Below are positions 60,046-64,000 of a stretch of 64,000 nt of DNA, piece by piece. Every line of letters starts with the position of its first letter. The stretch's first letter is position 1. The notes under the pieces were generated by a model that was given only the letters and a program-made list of their open reading frames with translations, ran no database searches and was not told the origin of the DNA. The translations under genes and the position numbers were made by a program. Source of the DNA: Cetorhinus maximus (Eukaryota); NCBI RefSeq assembly GCF_964194155.1, contig NC_135896.1, positions 96,162,001 through 96,226,000 on the forward strand. Direction: 5' to 3'.

Positions 60046-63000
60046 GATCAGTTTATCTGATTCCTTAGTCGTATTTTCACTCAAGCAACATAGCATAGAA
60101 TTTGAATATTGCTGAAAAGGGAAGCGGGTTACTGAAGCTTTTCTTCGTGCACTGATCTGGACAAATGCAAGAATACCAAATTTCAAACTTATCACTGTTA
60201 TGGTTTGAAATTTGGCATTGTTGCTTATGCCTTGATGAGTGCAAGATGAAAAGCCTTGGCAACTTGTCTCTCTTTTCAGCAATATCAAAATAATGTGTGG
60301 AGCCTTAGTGCTATTTTATCTCGGTCTCAATTTGCAGCTTTATAGATTTCTGGCCAGATTTGAGGATGGTACTAGCTGGTGTTGGTGCCCGTGATAAAAG
60401 TTGAAGATCAATGTAATTATCCATACTTTTAATGTAAAGTATGTATTGCATTTTCTGCATTGCACGTTATTGTAGGTATAAAGAAGCTAACTGTTTTTGA
60501 AAACGTTTTGTGCTTTAATTTTATTGTAACATCTGTTGTAACTGCTGTTTTCTTTATATTAAATGAAGTGCACAGCCCATAAAACAGGGATTTGATATTG
60601 TACTGGCCAATGTAACAGCCAAAGTAGTTGGAATACAAATAAAGCTGATGGCGAGGCTGACAAAAAGGCTGCACTTTAGAAAACTAAATTGATGAATTGT
60701 TGGTTTGTGACACTGGCAAAGTACTTTCGACTTAAAGTCAAAATGCCAGAAAAATGTCCACTTGCAAGTTGCTAATGATTTAGCATAATCTTAAATGTAA
60801 TTTTTCATTAGCATGCCTACTGTGTGATCGCTTTTATAATATATTTATTGTGGCATACAAATGCACACAAAAACGTTTATATGTAAGCATTTGCATTTAT
60901 ACAGCATTTATCACAGCTTCATGGTGTCCCAGAGTATTGTACAATAGTGGATTACCGTCAATCACTGTTTTTAGATTGGTAAATGTGGCAGGCAGTATAT
61001 GCACGACAAAGTCGCTTCTGCCAATGAATGGATAACCAGATAATCTCTCATTGGTAATGATGGTTCAGGGAGGAAAGTTGGCCATGACACTTGGGAAAAC
61101 TTCCTTCTTTTCCGTAAGTAATGCCATGGAATATTTTACATACACCAGTGCAGGATGACAGGACCTGGGTTTAATGTCTCATCTAAAATGCAGCACCCCT
61201 GACCATGCAGCATTCCCCACCAATGACATTTGAAATCTACTGCAAATCATAGAAACCATTAAGGAGCCGGCGCTGGAAATCTGAGGTAGAAATAGTCAAG
61301 TGGTAGAGAATGTTCGACTGCAATATGATGAATAACGTTTCTGAGATAAATAAGCTGCCCTCTACCTCAAAATTAAATGTTCGATGATGCTTCATATATT
61401 CACTTTCTATGCCAAACCATTTTTGTCAGTTGTTTAGGCTTCCCTACTGATTTAGGGCAATTATCTATTATGGGGAAAAAAGTGCTGGGAATTGCAGGAC
61501 CAGCTTTTAAGACATCTTTTACGTCAGTCTTGCTGCGTCATTGGTTCTCTCCCTGTCACTATTGCTTTCTTTCCTCCCATGTTCTCCACAGGGGTCTTAA
61601 CTTCTTCCTGCTTCCTTCTCAATCAATCTGCTGAGCCTCTGATTGCATGCTAGTTCTTTATCTCTGCCTGTTAGATTGCAAACATAACTTTGTGATTTTT
61701 GGAAGTTTTAAGCAAATGTATACTTTGTGTGATAAATGAAGAGATTTGAGGGATATGCCATACCGCAATGAATATTTGCTTTTTTTGGGTGGCTACTGCA
61801 TGAAGTTATTGTGTTTCATCTGTAAGCATTTACTTTCTGGTTGTGAAAGATTTTATCTGTACACTTGTATAGCATTGAAGTACAGTCTATGCTCAGGCAC
61901 CATGTATGGAATAGTACCAAGGGCACAGCTTGGGATGATTTTATAGCAGTTTTATCACCAATTATGGCTGTTTTAAAGCAGTAGTGATTTGTGATACTTG
62001 GATGCTAGAAGAATTGCAAATAAATCTGTGTGTTGTCTCTGATGCTTCACAAAGAATAATCATTTGCCAAAAGCGTATACAACGACTTACATTTCTGTTG
62101 TGTTCCTTGCACACTGTTTCACGGCTCTCTCAGGGAGATAAAAGCAGAGTCAAAGAGAAGACTTTTGAAATATCGGGATGACAAGGCAGATAGTTTAATA
62201 GTACGGATAGAAGCTGTTCAACACGTTATGCTTGTGTAGGCTTTTTGAAAGAGCTGCCCAATTTATTACCACATCCCAGCTTCTTCCTCGTAACCCTGCA
62301 AATTAATCCTGTTCCAATTATATGTCCAATTGCCTTTTGGAAGTTCCAATTGAATCTGACTCCACCAACCTTTTGGGTAGTCTGTTCCACGTTATTACAA
62401 GTCTCTGTGTGAAATAATTTCTCCTTATTTTCCCTCCATTGCCTATTATTTTAAATCCATAAGCTTTGCTCCTCAACTCACTTCAGGAGGTTCCAGAAGG
62501 CAAGAGCAGAGTAGCCAGAGGACTGAGGAGTAATTTTATGTCAGAGGGCTGACATGCAGTTATGTATAACTGGAGGAGATTAAAGAGATAGAAGACAAAT
62601 AAGATCATGGAGTGATTTGAATACAAGGACAAGAGTCTGACAATTGATTATTTTGGAGTATGCAAAGTCAGCAGATGTAATTGTGGTGCTTTTGTGTGTG
62701 AGAGGACAGAGACTGCAGCATTCTTGATTATTTGTAGATGGTGGAGATTAGGGGTCCATTATTAAGCCATTGCGGAAGTCAAACTCAAGGTACAGACGTG
62801 GGTTAGAATCACAGCAGTACGAGAGAGAGGGAGCCAGGATGGAAATGAGCAATGTTTAAGCAAACATTATAAAATGTTTGTCTTTAACCCCATTCAATCT
62901 TTTCATCATTCATTGTTAGAGCTTGTGTAGAACAGAATTCAGTCCAGAGAAGATGATTCTTAAACTGTGAACATTGTCTTTCTATTTTGCATGCTGTTCC

Positions 63001-63185
63001 ATTAGTGTAATAATGTTATTTCCCCAGTTGCTTTAAAAAGTGACAATCCCAGGATTTTAATACTTTTGGAACAGTCAAAATCCTTGGATTTCCCTATCTT
63101 CCCTTTATTTTCCATTCATGAATCTAATGGCTCAGGTGGAGATATAGTTCAATAGCTGTTCGTAGCCTCCTGGAAGTACAGCTAT

Positions 63186-63872
63186 TTTTTTTTTTTGTTC
63201 ATTTATGGGATGTGGGCGTTGCTGGCTAGGCCAGCATTTATTGACCATCCCTAATTGCCCCAGAGAAGGTGGTAATGAACTGCTTTCTTGAACCGCTGCA
63301 GTCCATGTGGTATAGGGACACCCACAGTGCTGTTAGGAAGAGAGTTCCAGGATTTTGACCAGTGACAGTGAAGGAACGGCGATATATTTCCAAGTCAGGA
63401 TGGTGAGTGACTTGGAGGGGAACTCGCATGTATCTGCTGCCCTTGTCCTTCTAGATGGTAGTGGTCATGGGTTTGGAAGGTGCTGTCTAAGGAGACTTGG
63501 TAAGTTCCTGCAGTGCATCTTGTAGATGGTACACACTGCTACCACTGTATGTCGGTGGTGGAGAGATTGAATGTGGATGGGGTGCCAATCAAGCGGGCTG
63601 CTTTGTCCTGGATGGTGTCAAACTCCTTGAGTATTGTTGGAGCTGCACTCATCCAGGCAAGTGGAGAGTATTCCATCACACTCCTGATCTGTGCTTCGTA
63701 GATAGTGGACAGGCTTTGGGGAGTCAGGAGCTAAGTTATTCACCACGTAGCCACAGTATTTATATGACTAGTCCAGTTCAGCTTCTGGTCAGTGGTAACC
63801 ATCAGGATGTTGATGGTGAGGAATTCAGCGATGGTAATGCCATTGAATGTCAAGGGGCAATGGTTAGATTTT
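63186..63872 (-). mobile_element. CR1-like LINE family B 3' fragment
   Basis: Reverse complement of 59310-60020 with a T-rich tail at the left end. Confidence 0.88.
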
Positions 63873-64000
63873 ACTTAAACTCCATAATTAAACATGGACA
63901 ACAACATCAGGAATGTATTTAACTATAGAGTGCGTCTCAGTTGAGCCTAATAATTCCCCACATGTGCTCAGGTGCTCTGTCCAAGAGGTGGTTCACTGCA

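Noticed and set aside
52445-64000. AVEN exon 3 (expected DSFSQFRFAEEKEW-like)
   Set aside because: Not found by eye; probably beyond the window, though a short diverged exon could have been missed.

Overview
Eukaryotic (vertebrate) genomic DNA, not prokaryotic. The repeat landscape (abundant CR1-type LINEs, L2, Penelope-like elements, Deu-type and tRNA-derived SINEs) suggests a cartilaginous fish; this is inference. The window holds the conserved EMC7-CHRM5-AVEN block: the last coding exon of EMC7 (+, 331-477), the single coding exon of muscarinic receptor M5 (-, 19988-21580) and AVEN exons 1 and 2 (+, about 39465-39706 and 52279-52444). Between EMC7 and CHRM5 lies a two-exon gene for a secreted, fibrinogen-domain-only protein (9504-10913). 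The most striking non-genic signal is a dispersed family of Penelope-like elements and 100-200 bp derivatives carrying minimal type I hammerhead ribozyme motifs (CUGANGA / stem II / GAAACGUH). Several have clear target-site duplications and inverted-repeat architecture, including a GIY-YIG element with roughly 440 bp inverted arms in the putative CHRM5 intron. Other features: MITEs, a 2.8 kb polypyrimidine satellite abutting an assembly gap at the AVEN CpG island, and several tandem repeats. Repeat boundaries were read by eye and are approximate unless a TSD is given.
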